The notes under the pieces: generated by a model | Seen by the model: only the letters and a program-made list of their open reading frames with translations | What the model was told of the DNA's origin: nothing | Databases searched by the model: none | From: Escherichia phage Gostya9 | Sequence record: NC_047979.1 | Length of the DNA stretch: 64,000 bases | Strand: one strand, 5' to 3' | Translations under genes and position numbers: made by a program | Shown here: positions 45,583 through 56,390 of the stretch, piece after piece | Layout: the number at the start of each line of letters is the position of its first letter | Position numbering within the stretch: the first letter of the stretch is position 1

Positions 45583-48500
45583 TTAAGAATTTCCTAGTGT
45601 TTTTAGGCTAGCACCATTCTCATTCAGAGCTAATTCTACTGCATCCCTCAGAGCACCGCTATTACTAGAGGCGAACTCTCTAAAACTAGCAGCATCCATA
45701 GCACTAATATTCAGGATGATAGGTCTTCCTGAAGCTGAATTAGAGGAATTTTTTAACTCATCATTAGGTGTAGCTTTCATAGGAACCATAGGAGTAATTA
45801 CTTCTGTACCGTGTTCTCCCATCTGGTAGCTAACCCCTGGGTACATATTACCACCTTCGGCACGCGGCACAAATGAGTTGGCATTACCAATACCTTTCTC
45901 ACCCCGTACATAAGATAGTTCTCCAGCATTAGCAGACATAGATACATCAATGCTCTTCTGACGCTCTCCAAGAGTTAAATAACTAGTGGTATTTGCTCCA
46001 GAATCCACAGAGGGCATAGAGGATGCATTAGAAGCAGCGGCTAAGGATAGTGCGCCTGCAGCAGCCGCAGTGGCCATCATCGTTAACCCTAATGGTAAGA
46101 ACGGTTGGGTAGCTGCAGCGTTCATCATAGCTACGGCTGTAGATATGATTATTTGCTTTTTAGCTTCTCGCTGCTGTATCTTAGTCTTTTCTGCCTCCAA
46201 CTTCTTGATTTTAGCTTTAGATTCCTCAGATTTACCATCACGCTTCTGTTCTGCTGCAATAGCCTGGTCTATTGCACTTATTTGCTGGTTAGCAGAATAT
46301 GCCATCATCTGTCCCACCATCTGCATACCTGCAGATATGGTTGTTATGCTATCCAAGCTATCTTGTGCATTAGCCACCACTGCTAAGGAGAAATTACCTA
46401 TGCTGTTAGCCAATGCTGTAGAAGCAGAATCCACTTCTGACATCTTAGCTATAGCCTGATCATACATAGACATTCTATTCTCAAAATCAGCAAACTCTTT
46501 ATCAGCACCAGATAATCCATTGGTAGGAGTGAATGTACCCCCTAGTGAGGATACGACTGATTTGTACGTTTGATCCTCTCTTTGCTTTTTAAGCTGTTCT
46601 AGGGCCGCTGAAGTTTTATAAATCTCATTACGATACCTGATCTCTTCCTCGGTATTGCCCTTAGATAGTTCCAGCTGTTGCTGCAGAATGGATAGTCTTT
46701 CCGTAAGAATTTGGGATTGGCCAGTAACATTTCTCTGTGTTTGGCTAACCTCTAATGCATCCATGAGGGCTGATACATGTGAGGCAGTTGCCTGATTTTC
46801 TGCTTCCCATAGCTCTCTACTTATTTGTGCCTGAGCGCGCCTTGACTGTTCTACCTTAGCTTGACCATCCGCTTGTTTAGAGTATAATTCCGTTTTTTCC
46901 TGCTCTAACTGCAGCTCTAGTCTTAACTGCTCCAAACGATACTGAGTACTCGTCATAGTGCGGTCATTAAGAAGAGCTATTTCTCTATCAATACCAAGAA
47001 TCTTATCTGTGTAATCCTTGACCTTCTTCTGAGCTTCCATTCCCTGGTTAGTGAGTTTAATTTTCTCCAGCTGAATTTTTTCAATTTCTCTCTCAACAGC
47101 TTTGTTCCCCTGGTTTGTTTGAAGAACACGGCGTAAAGCAGCTTCTTGCTCTTCTAACTGTTGGAGTTCTAAACGCCTACCAGCTTCCTGTGCCTTTTCT
47201 TTATCCTTAGTTTGATTATATACATCAGCTATCTTCTGTTGAACTGCTAACTGATTTTTAGTTTCATTACCAGTTAGTTTAACGTACTCAGATAGAGCCT
47301 GGGATGCAGTTTTCATTTCAGACAGGGTGTTATAACCCAGGTTAAGGTTTTTAACGTACTCATCTGCACTTTTACCAGTACCTTGAGATAGTGATTCTAT
47401 ATTTTTTATAGCATCTGCTAGTGTAGCACTAGTTTTAGCGGCGGTATCTGTACTCTGAGCAACGTTCTGTATATCATTAGCTAGGTCACTAGCAGTTTTC
47501 TTAGTTTGATTATATGCTTTCTGTTGTTCAGTTAGTCCTTTTAGTACTGTAGAGTTAAAGTCATATACAGCACCAGGATCAGTAGTATCCCTATGTAGAT
47601 TAATCTGTTTCTGGAACTCTGGGTTAGCTTTTGCAGCAGCCGCACCCGCAGCTTGATAGGCTGACTTCCAAGCATTAAGGTTTTCAGTAGAATCCTCTAC
47701 TTCCTTATCTAGTCTGGCTACTTGTAGACCCATAGCCGCTGTTTCTTCTACAAACTTTTTATTAGCTTCGGAAGAACCTATGCGCATCCCTCCTACTTCA
47801 AATCCCCCAGCAGCTAACCCAACGGGCATTCCCTCGCCCACCAACCTAATAGCGGCGGCAGTACTAGCGTCTGCTTGCTCCATTCGTTTATCGAACTCAG
47901 ATTTTAGCTTATTACGCTTATCCAGGGATTCCCTATACATATCTAGAGCTTTATTATACCCCTCTTCAGAGGCAGATAGACTTAAAGCAACAGCACCAAC
48001 GTTGGTAGGATCTATCTGTCTATTAGTTTTTTCTTGAGCTCTAGCTGCTTCAGCAGATACAGAAGCCTGAGAAGTATAAAATACTGTGTTGATAGCATCA
48101 ATTACTGGTCCTAAGTACTTAGCAGCAGCTTGTTGTATTGTTCTTAGTGCAGCATCTGCGTTAGCAGCAAACTGCTCCCACGGAGTAGCACGTAAAACTT
48201 CATCTAAGTAACCAAAACGTTTAGTAGACTCTGCTATAACAGCATTAGCATACGCTTGCTGTTTCTGGAAAGTAGTGAGACTATTAATATTATAAGTTAT
48301 ACCCGTGTTAGCAGCATTTAGCTGTTTAACATAGTCAGCATATGCGTCATTAAGACGAATAGTAACACCAAGTTCATCCAGAAGTTCGATTTCCTGTTTT
48401 GATACACCCTTAATTACACGGTTAAGTGCATCAGTCATATCAACACCAAGAACAGCAGCAGCACGACGGGCTACTAGACCAAATTTATTAAGTTGCTCGG

Positions 48501-49290
48501 CATCAAATCCGTATGCAGAAGCAGAGGATGCTTGTCTCATAGCTTCTTCAAAGGAAATAGCGTACCCGGCTGCTTCTTGTAGTGATCTAGCAAGAGACTG
48601 AACAGGAGTACCTGTCTGAGTACCCACTATAACACCAAATTCTTCTAGACGATTTAGCTGGTCACCTAGTTTAAGTTGTTCGAGTGCAGATTGCAGAACG
48701 AAGATGTTAGAAGCAATAGCAGCGTACAGAAGAGGTAAACCACCACCAACTTTAGCCATTGCCGCAAAGTTACGAGTAGCTCCGCGTGCTGAACCAGAAG
48801 TATTACCAATAGCTCTAGAAGCTCTACCAGCGGCACCAGCAGTATCATTAAAACCTCTAGCTGTACCGCCTAAAACTCTATTGGTGTCGTACAATCTATC
48901 TTGAACTTTCTCTGTTGCAGCTGCAACATCATTACCCATTGCTTTAACAGACCTAGATACTCCATCAAATCCAGCCTCTAGTTTGTCTGCTACTTCAATC
49001 ATTGCAATAGATAGATCATCCAGCTTAGCACCTATACTATCAATAGATTTAGTGATACCAGCCATACCCCTACTAGCTTGCATTTTAGTAAGACTTTTCG
49101 CTGCTCTGTCTGCCGCCCTCTCAATGGAGTATAGAGTTTTGGGCATTTTACCTAACTGTTCATTTGTCAGTTCGGAAGCAGCAGCAGCATTTTCTAATGC
49201 ATCAGATACGTTTTCGATAGACTTTGCAGTACGGGTTGCCCCCTTCTGTTTAACGTCTATTAGTAATTCTCGTATTAGCTTATCAGTCAT
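45583..49290 (-). CDS. Tape measure protein (pb2-like)
   Basis: 1235 aa; long Ala/Gln/Glu-rich predicted coiled coil; hydrophobic Ala/Met-rich segment near the C-terminus; canonical position upstream of Dit. Confidence 0.85.
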   Translation of the reverse strand: MTDKLIRELLIDVKQKGATRTAKSIENVSDALENAAAASELTNEQLGKMPKTLYSIERAADRAAKSLTKMQASRGMAGITKSIDSIGAKLDDLSIAMIEVADKLEAGFDGVSRSVKAMGNDVAAATEKVQDRLYDTNRVLGGTARGFNDTAGAAGRASRAIGNTSGSARGATRNFAAMAKVGGGLPLLYAAIASNIFVLQSALEQLKLGDQLNRLEEFGVIVGTQTGTPVQSLARSLQEAAGYAISFEEAMRQASSASAYGFDAEQLNKFGLVARRAAAVLGVDMTDALNRVIKGVSKQEIELLDELGVTIRLNDAYADYVKQLNAANTGITYNINSLTTFQKQQAYANAVIAESTKRFGYLDEVLRATPWEQFAANADAALRTIQQAAAKYLGPVIDAINTVFYTSQASVSAEAARAQEKTNRQIDPTNVGAVALSLSASEEGYNKALDMYRESLDKRNKLKSEFDKRMEQADASTAAAIRLVGEGMPVGLAAGGFEVGGMRIGSSEANKKFVEETAAMGLQVARLDKEVEDSTENLNAWKSAYQAAGAAAAKANPEFQKQINLHRDTTDPGAVYDFNSTVLKGLTEQQKAYNQTKKTASDLANDIQNVAQSTDTAAKTSATLADAIKNIESLSQGTGKSADEYVKNLNLGYNTLSEMKTASQALSEYVKLTGNETKNQLAVQQKIADVYNQTKDKEKAQEAGRRLELQQLEEQEAALRRVLQTNQGNKAVEREIEKIQLEKIKLTNQGMEAQKKVKDYTDKILGIDREIALLNDRTMTSTQYRLEQLRLELQLEQEKTELYSKQADGQAKVEQSRRAQAQISRELWEAENQATASHVSALMDALEVSQTQRNVTGQSQILTERLSILQQQLELSKGNTEEEIRYRNEIYKTSAALEQLKKQREDQTYKSVVSSLGGTFTPTNGLSGADKEFADFENRMSMYDQAIAKMSEVDSASTALANSIGNFSLAVVANAQDSLDSITTISAGMQMVGQMMAYSANQQISAIDQAIAAEQKRDGKSEESKAKIKKLEAEKTKIQQREAKKQIIISTAVAMMNAAATQPFLPLGLTMMATAAAAGALSLAAASNASSMPSVDSGANTTSYLTLGERQKSIDVSMSANAGELSYVRGEKGIGNANSFVPRAEGGNMYPGVSYQMGEHGTEVITPMVPMKATPNDELKNSSNSASGRPIILNISAMDAASFREFASSNSGALRDAVELALNENGASLKTLGNS

Positions 49291-49305
49291 AATTTATTTT
49301 TCCCA

Positions 49306-49338
49306 ATAAAAAAGGCTCTGGGCAAATCACCCAGAGCC
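49306..49338 (-). terminator. Hairpin terminator upstream of the tape-measure gene
   Basis: On the minus strand: ggctctggg-tgatttg-cccagagcc followed by ttttttatt. Confidence 0.5.
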
Positions 49339-49373
49339 AAGCCTCATCGTGGAACGCCCATTGGAGGAAACTT

Positions 49374-49865
49374 TTACCGTGCTCGAGATTTGGCATGTGG
49401 CTTAACGTTAGGTATTCTACCGTTTTGCGGTTTATGCTTCTCAGCACGTTTACGTGCAGCGTCTACAGCTTTAGCATCAAATATATTGATAATGTGTAGA
49501 ACAAATTCTTTTTCTATAGGATCGGTAATCCCATAAATATCGAATAAGACACCTAAAGCAGCTTTGTCTTTGCCTATAAATATAGGAAAGTCACCCGGTA
49601 TGAAACAGTCAACTAGACTGTTATAGATATTCATACTAATAGCTACAATAGGTGGAAAGTCTTCAAGTTCAACAGGCATAGCCTTAGGATCAGGTTCTAT
49701 ACCCATTGACTCACAAAGTATTAAGTATTGTTGTTTAGTCATTTTAGATGCTGAGCTTTTAATACACTTATCTGCAAAATCAGCAACAGCATCTAGTAGT
49801 TCTTTACGCTTTTGAGCTACGAAAAGTGTCGAGGTGGAACACTGTCTGGTTGATCCAAGAATCAA
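49374..49865 (-). CDS. Candidate tail assembly chaperone, downstream frame
   Basis: Overlaps the upstream ORF by 62 nt in another frame; track start is TTG; first ATG (49742) has no clear RBS. Confidence 0.4.
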   Translation of the reverse strand: MILGSTRQCSTSTLFVAQKRKELLDAVADFADKCIKSSASKMTKQQYLILCESMGIEPDPKAMPVELEDFPPIVAISMNIYNSLVDCFIPGDFPIFIGKDKAALGVLFDIYGITDPIEKEFVLHIINIFDAKAVDAARKRAEKHKPQNGRIPNVKPHAKSRAR

Positions 49866-50208
49866 ACGCAGCAGAGTTCTGCATAAGCATTACAGCATTA
49901 TCACGACTAAATGGAACTTCAGTAGTAGGATCAGCATCTGTTTCAATCAGCATCAGCTTTTCAACGTCGCCTACAGTCAAACCAGTCCAACCTTTAATTG
50001 CAGCATCAACGAAAGCTTCAATAAACTTATCGTCATCCTGTACTTGAATTAGGGTACCATTAACCCATTCATCGCGTTTGGCAGAAGAGATAACACGTTT
50101 AGAAGTAGCACGAGACATATAATTAAGCTCTAGCTTAAAGTTTGGCATACCTGGGTATGAAAGAGTAATAGTACGGGTATCAAGAGTAATATCTTTTAAG
50201 TTAATCAT
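49804..50208 (-). CDS. Candidate tail assembly chaperone, upstream frame
   Basis: 134-aa ORF immediately upstream of the tape-measure gene, the usual chaperone position. Confidence 0.45.
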   Translation of the reverse strand: MINLKDITLDTRTITLSYPGMPNFKLELNYMSRATSKRVISSAKRDEWVNGTLIQVQDDDKFIEAFVDAAIKGWTGLTVGDVEKLMLIETDADPTTEVPFSRDNAVMLMQNSAAFDSWINQTVFHLDTFRSSKA

Positions 50209-51104
50209 TATTTTCTTTCTCCAAAGAAGTTTATTTCTACAGGGTCTGAATCAGCAGTAGGGATTACATCATACTCTACCTGATACAAATCTGAGAAGTT
50301 TAGGCGTTTTGAAATACGTGCTAAAGGGAATGTTATAGAAACATATTTATTTTTAATAATTAGTGGAGTTCTTGTTTCAGGATCTAGATTCAAGAACTTA
50401 TCTCCTACCAATCTCTTAACATAATAGAAAGCTAGCGTTGCGGAAGCATTCATCTCATTGACATAAGCTCGTTTATTAGTATAAACTTTGTTTATATCAA
50501 ATATACTTCTATCCTCTCTCCAAGAACATTGTTGCTGGAAGGACATAGATGCTGAAACTAATGCAGGCAATGGTGCGCTATTGGTATACACAGCCGGAGG
50601 ACTATATGGGAGTACCTCACCTTGTGTAATTGTATATCCATCACGGAAAGTAGATACTTCAGAGAATTTTCCAGACTCAATACCAACATTTAGAATCGGT
50701 ATACTCTTATCTAGAGAAAAGTCAACTGTTGATACATAACAGTTTTCAAAATAAATACAGCTATTATTATGATTAATAATATACATATTGAACATAATAG
50801 GTTCAATATTGGGAGTATTTCTTGGCAAAAATAAAGAATTTCCCTCACGCGTGAATCCCATCCAGTCAAAGAAATTAGACTCAATAAGCGTAGTACTGAA
50901 ATTTATTGCCAATGAAATAGATGAAGGATCTTGAGCATTAATAATAGAGTCTGCATAGTTAGTACGATTATGGATAGTACGCCTAAGGGTTTTAAACTCC
51001 TGAAAAGACGTACTAGCATCATAGTTAGAGAGGGCATCGAAATGATACCCTCTACCGTCATACTCAATAACTATTTTAGACTCTCGCATGAGAGAATAAA
51101 ACAT
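50208..51104 (-). CDS. Tail-associated structural protein (298 aa)
   Basis: Position between the tail tube gene and the chaperone pair. Confidence 0.45.
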   Translation of the reverse strand: MFYSLMRESKIVIEYDGRGYHFDALSNYDASTSFQEFKTLRRTIHNRTNYADSIINAQDPSSISLAINFSTTLIESNFFDWMGFTREGNSLFLPRNTPNIEPIMFNMYIINHNNSCIYFENCYVSTVDFSLDKSIPILNVGIESGKFSEVSTFRDGYTITQGEVLPYSPPAVYTNSAPLPALVSASMSFQQQCSWREDRSIFDINKVYTNKRAYVNEMNASATLAFYYVKRLVGDKFLNLDPETRTPLIIKNKYVSITFPLARISKRLNFSDLYQVEYDVIPTADSDPVEINFFGERK

Positions 51105-51108
51105 TTAA

Positions 51109-52503
51109 TTAACCACCTGCTGTTACAGTAATCTGCTTAGTGCCTTTAACTCCAGAACCATCTTTAGCAGTAGCTTCTATGGTTACTACACCAGTTTTAC
51201 TAGCATCTGCTGTTAACAGTCCTGCTGCACTGATAGTAGCTGCGTCACCAGCAGTGATAGCCCAAGTAACTTCCTTATTCTGTGCAGAAGAAGGAGTAAC
51301 TTCAACACTCATTTGGAGAGTAGCCGAGTTGTTTACTGTAGTAACATCACCAGCAGATTTAACAGTAATTGCGGTTACAGCATCAGTAGACCCATCACCA
51401 TTAACAATCAAGTTATTAATAGTTGTTTTAGTATACTTGTTAGAAAATCCAAGATAACCTTCGTCACCAGTATCCAAATCTGTAGGAATAGCCTTAAATT
51501 CCACTGAGGTACCAAGTACATCATCAGTTTCAATAGTAGGAATATTAACGTGCGCCTGTTTAGCTACTAGAATAGCTGCAGGACGTTCTTCGTCATATTC
51601 ACCACCAAGTACCAGAGCGATTTCGAAGCGGTTAACTACTTTCAGAGTTTTGATAAGATCTTTATACAGTTCCATAGAACCAAGAGATTTATCATTCAGA
51701 TAAGCAGTTAATGAACCCGTTAACTCAAACGCACCAGTAAATGAACCGATAGGAATATTTACACGGGACATAATATTTGGGGTTAGATATGTGATGTTGT
51801 TATTAACGGTAAAAGTACCACCAGTAATAGGTATGTCATATGCCTTACCAGAATCCATATCCTTAATTTTCAGGATAGTTAACTTGTTCTTAATGTAAGA
51901 ACTCTGAATAGTCATATAAGTTTCATCATCAATACCTAGCGCATCTGGATCAAATGGTTGCTCATCCAGTGGGATTAGCTGATTACCATTACCAGACCAA
52001 GTTACACGACCAATATCTTCAATATCAACGTTAACTTCTGCCTGGTTGATCTGGCAAGAGTCAATGTAACTCCACGCATTGTCAGTCAGAATGTAAATAT
52101 GCAGCATAGCCAGTTCGTGATATGCGTTATCTTTGAAGTTAACCATGAAGTTAGTAGCATTATTATGTGCTCCAGTATCTCCATCAAGGTCAATAGCTTT
52201 ACCACTAGAAAGTGCATGCCATAACATATAGTCAGGAACAATTTGTTTACCAGTAGTTGTATCCTCGTATGGTAGGATATAGGTGGAAAAGCTCCACTCA
52301 GCCGCGTTCAAGGAATCGTTAAAACGTTTAGAACCACGAGTAGGACGCGGACCAGCTTCGTTAACAGTAATATCTGTTGAGTTACTGTCCTGACCCCAAG
52401 AAATATCATCCTGAACTAGAATCTCTTGCGTGTTGGTCGTATCATGACCAGTCTTAACCGTAGACACGAAGATTCGAGTATTACGTAATAGTTGTAAAGA
52501 CAT
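51109..52503 (-). CDS. Tail tube protein with C-terminal Ig-like domain (pb6-like)
   Basis: 464 aa; optimal-codon rich; C-terminal about 80 aa is Ig-like (TVEVTPSSAQNKEVTWAITAGDAATISAAGLLTA...GVVTIEATAKDGSG). Confidence 0.75.
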   Translation of the reverse strand: MSLQLLRNTRIFVSTVKTGHDTTNTQEILVQDDISWGQDSNSTDITVNEAGPRPTRGSKRFNDSLNAAEWSFSTYILPYEDTTTGKQIVPDYMLWHALSSGKAIDLDGDTGAHNNATNFMVNFKDNAYHELAMLHIYILTDNAWSYIDSCQINQAEVNVDIEDIGRVTWSGNGNQLIPLDEQPFDPDALGIDDETYMTIQSSYIKNKLTILKIKDMDSGKAYDIPITGGTFTVNNNITYLTPNIMSRVNIPIGSFTGAFELTGSLTAYLNDKSLGSMELYKDLIKTLKVVNRFEIALVLGGEYDEERPAAILVAKQAHVNIPTIETDDVLGTSVEFKAIPTDLDTGDEGYLGFSNKYTKTTINNLIVNGDGSTDAVTAITVKSAGDVTTVNNSATLQMSVEVTPSSAQNKEVTWAITAGDAATISAAGLLTADASKTGVVTIEATAKDGSGVKGTKQITVTAGG

Positions 52504-52529
52504 TTAATTATTTTCTCCTAATCTGTAAC

Positions 52530-53015
52530 TTATCTGCGAAGTGACCTACGTGGAGGCTGATACCTCACTGTTACATTTATTTCTGCTAAACCATATGGGG
52601 CCAGTAGACCCTCATCTGTACTAACTGATGTAATGCTCATATCAGTCGCCTCACATGGGACGGTCGATCCATTAGGTTTACTAACAGTATATTCTAAATT
52701 TCCACCTGTGTCAATAACGGTTTTTATATCCGCCACGAGTTTTTCAAGCTGCTCTTGAATGTCTGTTTTCTCTTTATCATAGACCAGAATTGGAAGTTCT
52801 AAAAACATCCACTGTTGACCTGAAGGAAGATACTGCCCAGTTTCAGTTCCGATATGAACTGCAACATAAGGAAACTCTCGTATCTCCTCAAACTTATAAG
52901 TTTGACGTGAGACGTTTCCATACAAGTTATTAAAATATTCATCTGGTTGAGAGCCATCCATTTGTGTAGCTATTCGGTCAACCAGAGCTTGTGCTATACT
53001 TGTTCTGTGATCCAT
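52530..53015 (-). CDS. Head-tail joining / tail completion protein (161 aa)
   Basis: Position between the capsid and tail tube genes. Confidence 0.4.
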   Translation of the reverse strand: MDHRTSIAQALVDRIATQMDGSQPDEYFNNLYGNVSRQTYKFEEIREFPYVAVHIGTETGQYLPSGQQWMFLELPILVYDKEKTDIQEQLEKLVADIKTVIDTGGNLEYTVSKPNGSTVPCEATDMSITSVSTDEGLLAPYGLAEINVTVRYQPPRRSLRR

Positions 53016-53018
53016 TTA

Positions 53019-53786
53019 TTAGGTCCCTTGATTAACCTTAATTTTGTATCTGGAGTGAATTAAGTCTCTTGCAGCTTTAGCTATCGCCTCTCCAATTAGT
53101 CTTTGAGGGTTTCTAGCACCAGGGTAGGGTCGTAATGATAATCTTCGATATGTAGATACTGCAGGATTAAATACTGAATATGGACGTACCATATAATTAT
53201 ATGTAACATTTAATTCAGGAGCACCTTTGCTAGTCCCAGCATCTCTAAGCATAACATCTTTAACTTTTAGAGAATTTGCAAAACGACCTGTTCTAAATTT
53301 AAGTGGAGCTCCTGCTTTTTTCATATCCTTTATTAAGTATTCTTTGGCAACCAACTCCAGAATAACCTTCATATTACTATTTGATACAAAACGACCAGAA
53401 GCCCCTGTTACTGCACCTGAGTATCCATCCTCAACATCACTAGGGTCCCCAAAGTTTACCTCTACTCTACCAGTAGAGCGTTTTTTACCTACAGAAGATT
53501 TCTTACCGGCGGTTGCTTGAATAAGGCTTTCTAAGGCCCCTAGATCTCCAGTTAGGTCTAAGCTAGAAGAAACTGCTTTTAGAATAGAGGCTGTCCTAAC
53601 ACTAAGGAGATCCTGAGATACCGGTTTTGAGAATTTAAAAGATACTTGAGCAACAGTACCATCTCTAGTAGGATCCTTTAATCCTGTTTCAACAGAATAT
53701 ACAACAGTATTCTTATTGTTCTCGGAACGCCCAACATTATCTAGCTGCTCTTTAATAATTCGTGTAGCTAAATCAGAAAGAGACAT
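53019..53786 (-). CDS. Head-tail joining protein (255 aa)
   Basis: Position in the neck module. Confidence 0.4.
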   Translation of the reverse strand: MSLSDLATRIIKEQLDNVGRSENNKNTVVYSVETGLKDPTRDGTVAQVSFKFSKPVSQDLLSVRTASILKAVSSSLDLTGDLGALESLIQATAGKKSSVGKKRSTGRVEVNFGDPSDVEDGYSGAVTGASGRFVSNSNMKVILELVAKEYLIKDMKKAGAPLKFRTGRFANSLKVKDVMLRDAGTSKGAPELNVTYNYMVRPYSVFNPAVSTYRRLSLRPYPGARNPQRLIGEAIAKAARDLIHSRYKIKVNQGT

Positions 53787-54298
53787 TATACTCTCCTGTA
53801 AACTTCAATAATAGTACGAATATGCTCTGGAATACCAGACTTAGTATTATTAAAAGTAACTGTTTCACCCCCAATAGTCTTGGCTTGACGATAATCTTGT
53901 TTATGCCAGTGATCTACTAATAGACATGCTGCAAGTTTGAGATCTTCAGGGATTGGGTTAAATCCACCTTGTGTGTACTCTACATCCATATAACCTTCTG
54001 GGGGATTAAATTTAAGAAGTATAACCCCATCAGAGTATAATCTGTATTGCTCGGGGTCTATCTCCTTATCATTAATAGTCATTTTGGTTACTGAAGTAGC
54101 TGAGGGAGAACTTAAAAAGTATTTTTTACGAGTAGGTTTTGTATTGATTAACTGGTCTACCGCGTCAGCATCATCCATACCTAAAAGGCTAGTAATCAGC
54201 GCATTGGCAGCAGTAATCATCATCTCTACTCCAGATTCTAGTTCAGGTCGTTTTAAACCACCGTATAATCTATAGTCTTCAGCTGTGATGATTTGCAT
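53786..54298 (-). CDS. Head completion / connector protein (170 aa)
   Basis: First gene after the capsid terminator; neck module position. Confidence 0.4.
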   Translation of the reverse strand: MQIITAEDYRLYGGLKRPELESGVEMMITAANALITSLLGMDDADAVDQLINTKPTRKKYFLSSPSATSVTKMTINDKEIDPEQYRLYSDGVILLKFNPPEGYMDVEYTQGGFNPIPEDLKLAACLLVDHWHKQDYRQAKTIGGETVTFNNTKSGIPEHIRTIIEVYRRV

Positions 54299-54312
54299 TT
54301 ATTTTTCCTAAT

Positions 54313-54341
54313 AATAAAAAAGGAGAGCCGAAGCTCTCCTT
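54313..54341 (-). terminator. Rho-independent terminator after the major capsid gene
   Basis: On the minus strand: ggagagc-ttcg-gctctcc followed by ttttttatta. Confidence 0.65.
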
Positions 54342-54360
54342 ATCGGCTGAAAAGCCTGTA

Positions 54361-55737
54361 TTAAGATGCAGCGTAAGCACCGGATACAACGCCGTTCTCG
54401 AAGTAACGTTGCAGGTTAACACGCTGAGTAACGTAGTATGCGTCACGCTGTTTGCCAGCTTGGCGCTCACGTTCAACAGTAACAGCACGCTGACGTGGCA
54501 TCACGAAGTTATCTTTATAAACAATAACCGCGAACTCTTTACCAGCTGCTTTAGCTGGGAAGTACTCAGAAACTACAACCGGCAGACCATAAATACGACC
54601 AACCTGACCCTGCAGTTTAACAGCATCATTACCAACCTGAGCAACATCCTGCCATTCTTCGTCTTCCAGCAGATCGTAGTAAGCATCCATAGATACAATC
54701 AGTACCAGTTTGGACAGTTTCAGACCATGACGGCCCAGCTTACGACGCAGTTTAGAGATAGTTTTAGCAGTTACCAGAACAGAACCATCAGCTTTAGCTT
54801 CGGTAGTAACTTTAGCACTATCTTCACTAGCAAGAGTCAGCAGACCTTTCGGCTTACCGGAACCATCACCAGTCATGAAGGCTTCTTCAATAGAAACAGC
54901 GTGTGCTTCAATTAGACGCTTACGAAGCAGTGGCAGCAGGGAGAAGATTGCATCTTCTTCAGTTTCATCAGTAATGAAGGATTTAGCAGCCAGTTTGTAA
55001 GTACTGAAGTGGATTTCTGTAAGAGCGCCTGTAACTTCGCTACCAGTAGTATTGTCACTACCATAAGCAGAAGCAGCAACCCAAGTAGCTCTACCAGCAT
55101 CCGGTTCAACCAACATAGTAAGAATCTTACTGGACATCGGCAGTTCTTCGAACAGTGCGCCAACTACCAGCTCTTTCTGCAGGTCACGGATAATACGCTG
55201 AGAGAAAATAGTTTCATAGCTTTCACTAGAAACTTCTACAGAAGAGGACTGATTCACTGCTTTCAGGTGTTTTTGACCGTGTTCGGTTTCAAATACGCCT
55301 TTTTCCATTACATAGGACAACAGAACCAGTTTTTCTACTTCGTCTTCAAAGTTTTCCTGAGTACCATACAGTGCTTTAGCAACACTATTACCAACGAAGG
55401 AACGACCTTCACGAGCTGTTAGCAGGGATTTAATTTCGTCCTGAAGACCAACAATAGTTTCCTGTTGTTTTTCTACAGTTTGTGCAAACAGTTCTGCACT
55501 CTTCTTAGATTTTTCATCCAGGGACTTAACCAGTTCCAGAGCTTGTTCCAGTTTCTGACGATCTTCGCCAACTGCTTTAGAAACCAGGGCATTCATACGA
55601 GCCAGTTCTTTTTCTTCCTGCTCTTTACGCATACGTTCAGCTTCCTGAGCTTTCTGAGCAGCGGTCAGACCTTCCAGAGATTTAGCCAGATCACCCAGAC
55701 CAAGTTCTTCTTTCAGCTTATTAATATCAATAGTCAT
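54361..55737 (-). CDS. Major capsid protein (HK97-fold, pb8-like)
   Basis: 458 aa directly downstream of the prohead protease; strong optimal-codon bias; followed by a terminator. Confidence 0.8.
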   Translation of the reverse strand: MTIDINKLKEELGLGDLAKSLEGLTAAQKAQEAERMRKEQEEKELARMNALVSKAVGEDRQKLEQALELVKSLDEKSKKSAELFAQTVEKQQETIVGLQDEIKSLLTAREGRSFVGNSVAKALYGTQENFEDEVEKLVLLSYVMEKGVFETEHGQKHLKAVNQSSSVEVSSESYETIFSQRIIRDLQKELVVGALFEELPMSSKILTMLVEPDAGRATWVAASAYGSDNTTGSEVTGALTEIHFSTYKLAAKSFITDETEEDAIFSLLPLLRKRLIEAHAVSIEEAFMTGDGSGKPKGLLTLASEDSAKVTTEAKADGSVLVTAKTISKLRRKLGRHGLKLSKLVLIVSMDAYYDLLEDEEWQDVAQVGNDAVKLQGQVGRIYGLPVVVSEYFPAKAAGKEFAVIVYKDNFVMPRQRAVTVERERQAGKQRDAYYVTQRVNLQRYFENGVVSGAYAAS

Positions 55738-55754
55738 TTTTAAATAATTCTCCG

Positions 55755-56387
55755 TTATTCTTTAACGTAGCCTAAAGCTATCGCAAGTTTTTCTAGTTCA
55801 GAAAGATTACGTTCTTGAGCTGGGACAGCTTTAGAACTTATTGCAGTAAAAGATTTACGCCATTCAGTATAATCATGACCATTCATACTCTTAGCGAGAT
55901 TGAATGTTGAGTCCTGATTACAAGGTACAGAAACTACCGAAACTTCGTATAGTTCTAAATCTTTAATAATAAATATATCAGTAGCTTCATCCCATTCTGC
56001 ATCTAGGCAGCGGAATCCGATACTAAAAGTTTTCAGTACACCGTTTTTAATTAGTGAAAAGATAGCTGGGTCAGAACTTTCATAGATCTCACATTCAATT
56101 TCGAGACCCATTTCAGTAGGGTTAAGATCAATACACTTACCGATTGGACGACGATGATCGTGTCCGAAAAGAATAATCGGGTTTTTCATGTAGTTAGTAA
56201 GTGCATTAGACGTTTTCCACGCAGAAGCAGGAATTACATCACCAGCGCGATCTTTACTAATTGTATTAGCGAATCCACGGATTTTTACAACGCCCTCTTT
56301 GGATTCGCTATCAATAGATTTAATATAAGCATCTAAATGAACGGGTGCTGATTTTAACTTGTTATAGTCAATAGCAGCTTGTGTCAT
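55755..56387 (-). CDS. Prohead protease (HK97 / S78 family)
   Basis: 210 aa; N-terminal block KIRGFANTISKDRAGDVIPASAWK resembles the S78 signature; sits between portal and capsid genes. Confidence 0.7.
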   Translation of the reverse strand: MTQAAIDYNKLKSAPVHLDAYIKSIDSESKEGVVKIRGFANTISKDRAGDVIPASAWKTSNALTNYMKNPIILFGHDHRRPIGKCIDLNPTEMGLEIECEIYESSDPAIFSLIKNGVLKTFSIGFRCLDAEWDEATDIFIIKDLELYEVSVVSVPCNQDSTFNLAKSMNGHDYTEWRKSFTAISSKAVPAQERNLSELEKLAIALGYVKE

Positions 56388-56390
56388 TTA

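Noticed and set aside
54409-55743. Plus-strand ORFs 54409-54915, 55009-55422, 55465-55743 opposite the major capsid gene
   Set aside because: Antisense to the strongly codon-biased capsid gene; Phe/Ser/Asn-rich chance ORFs.
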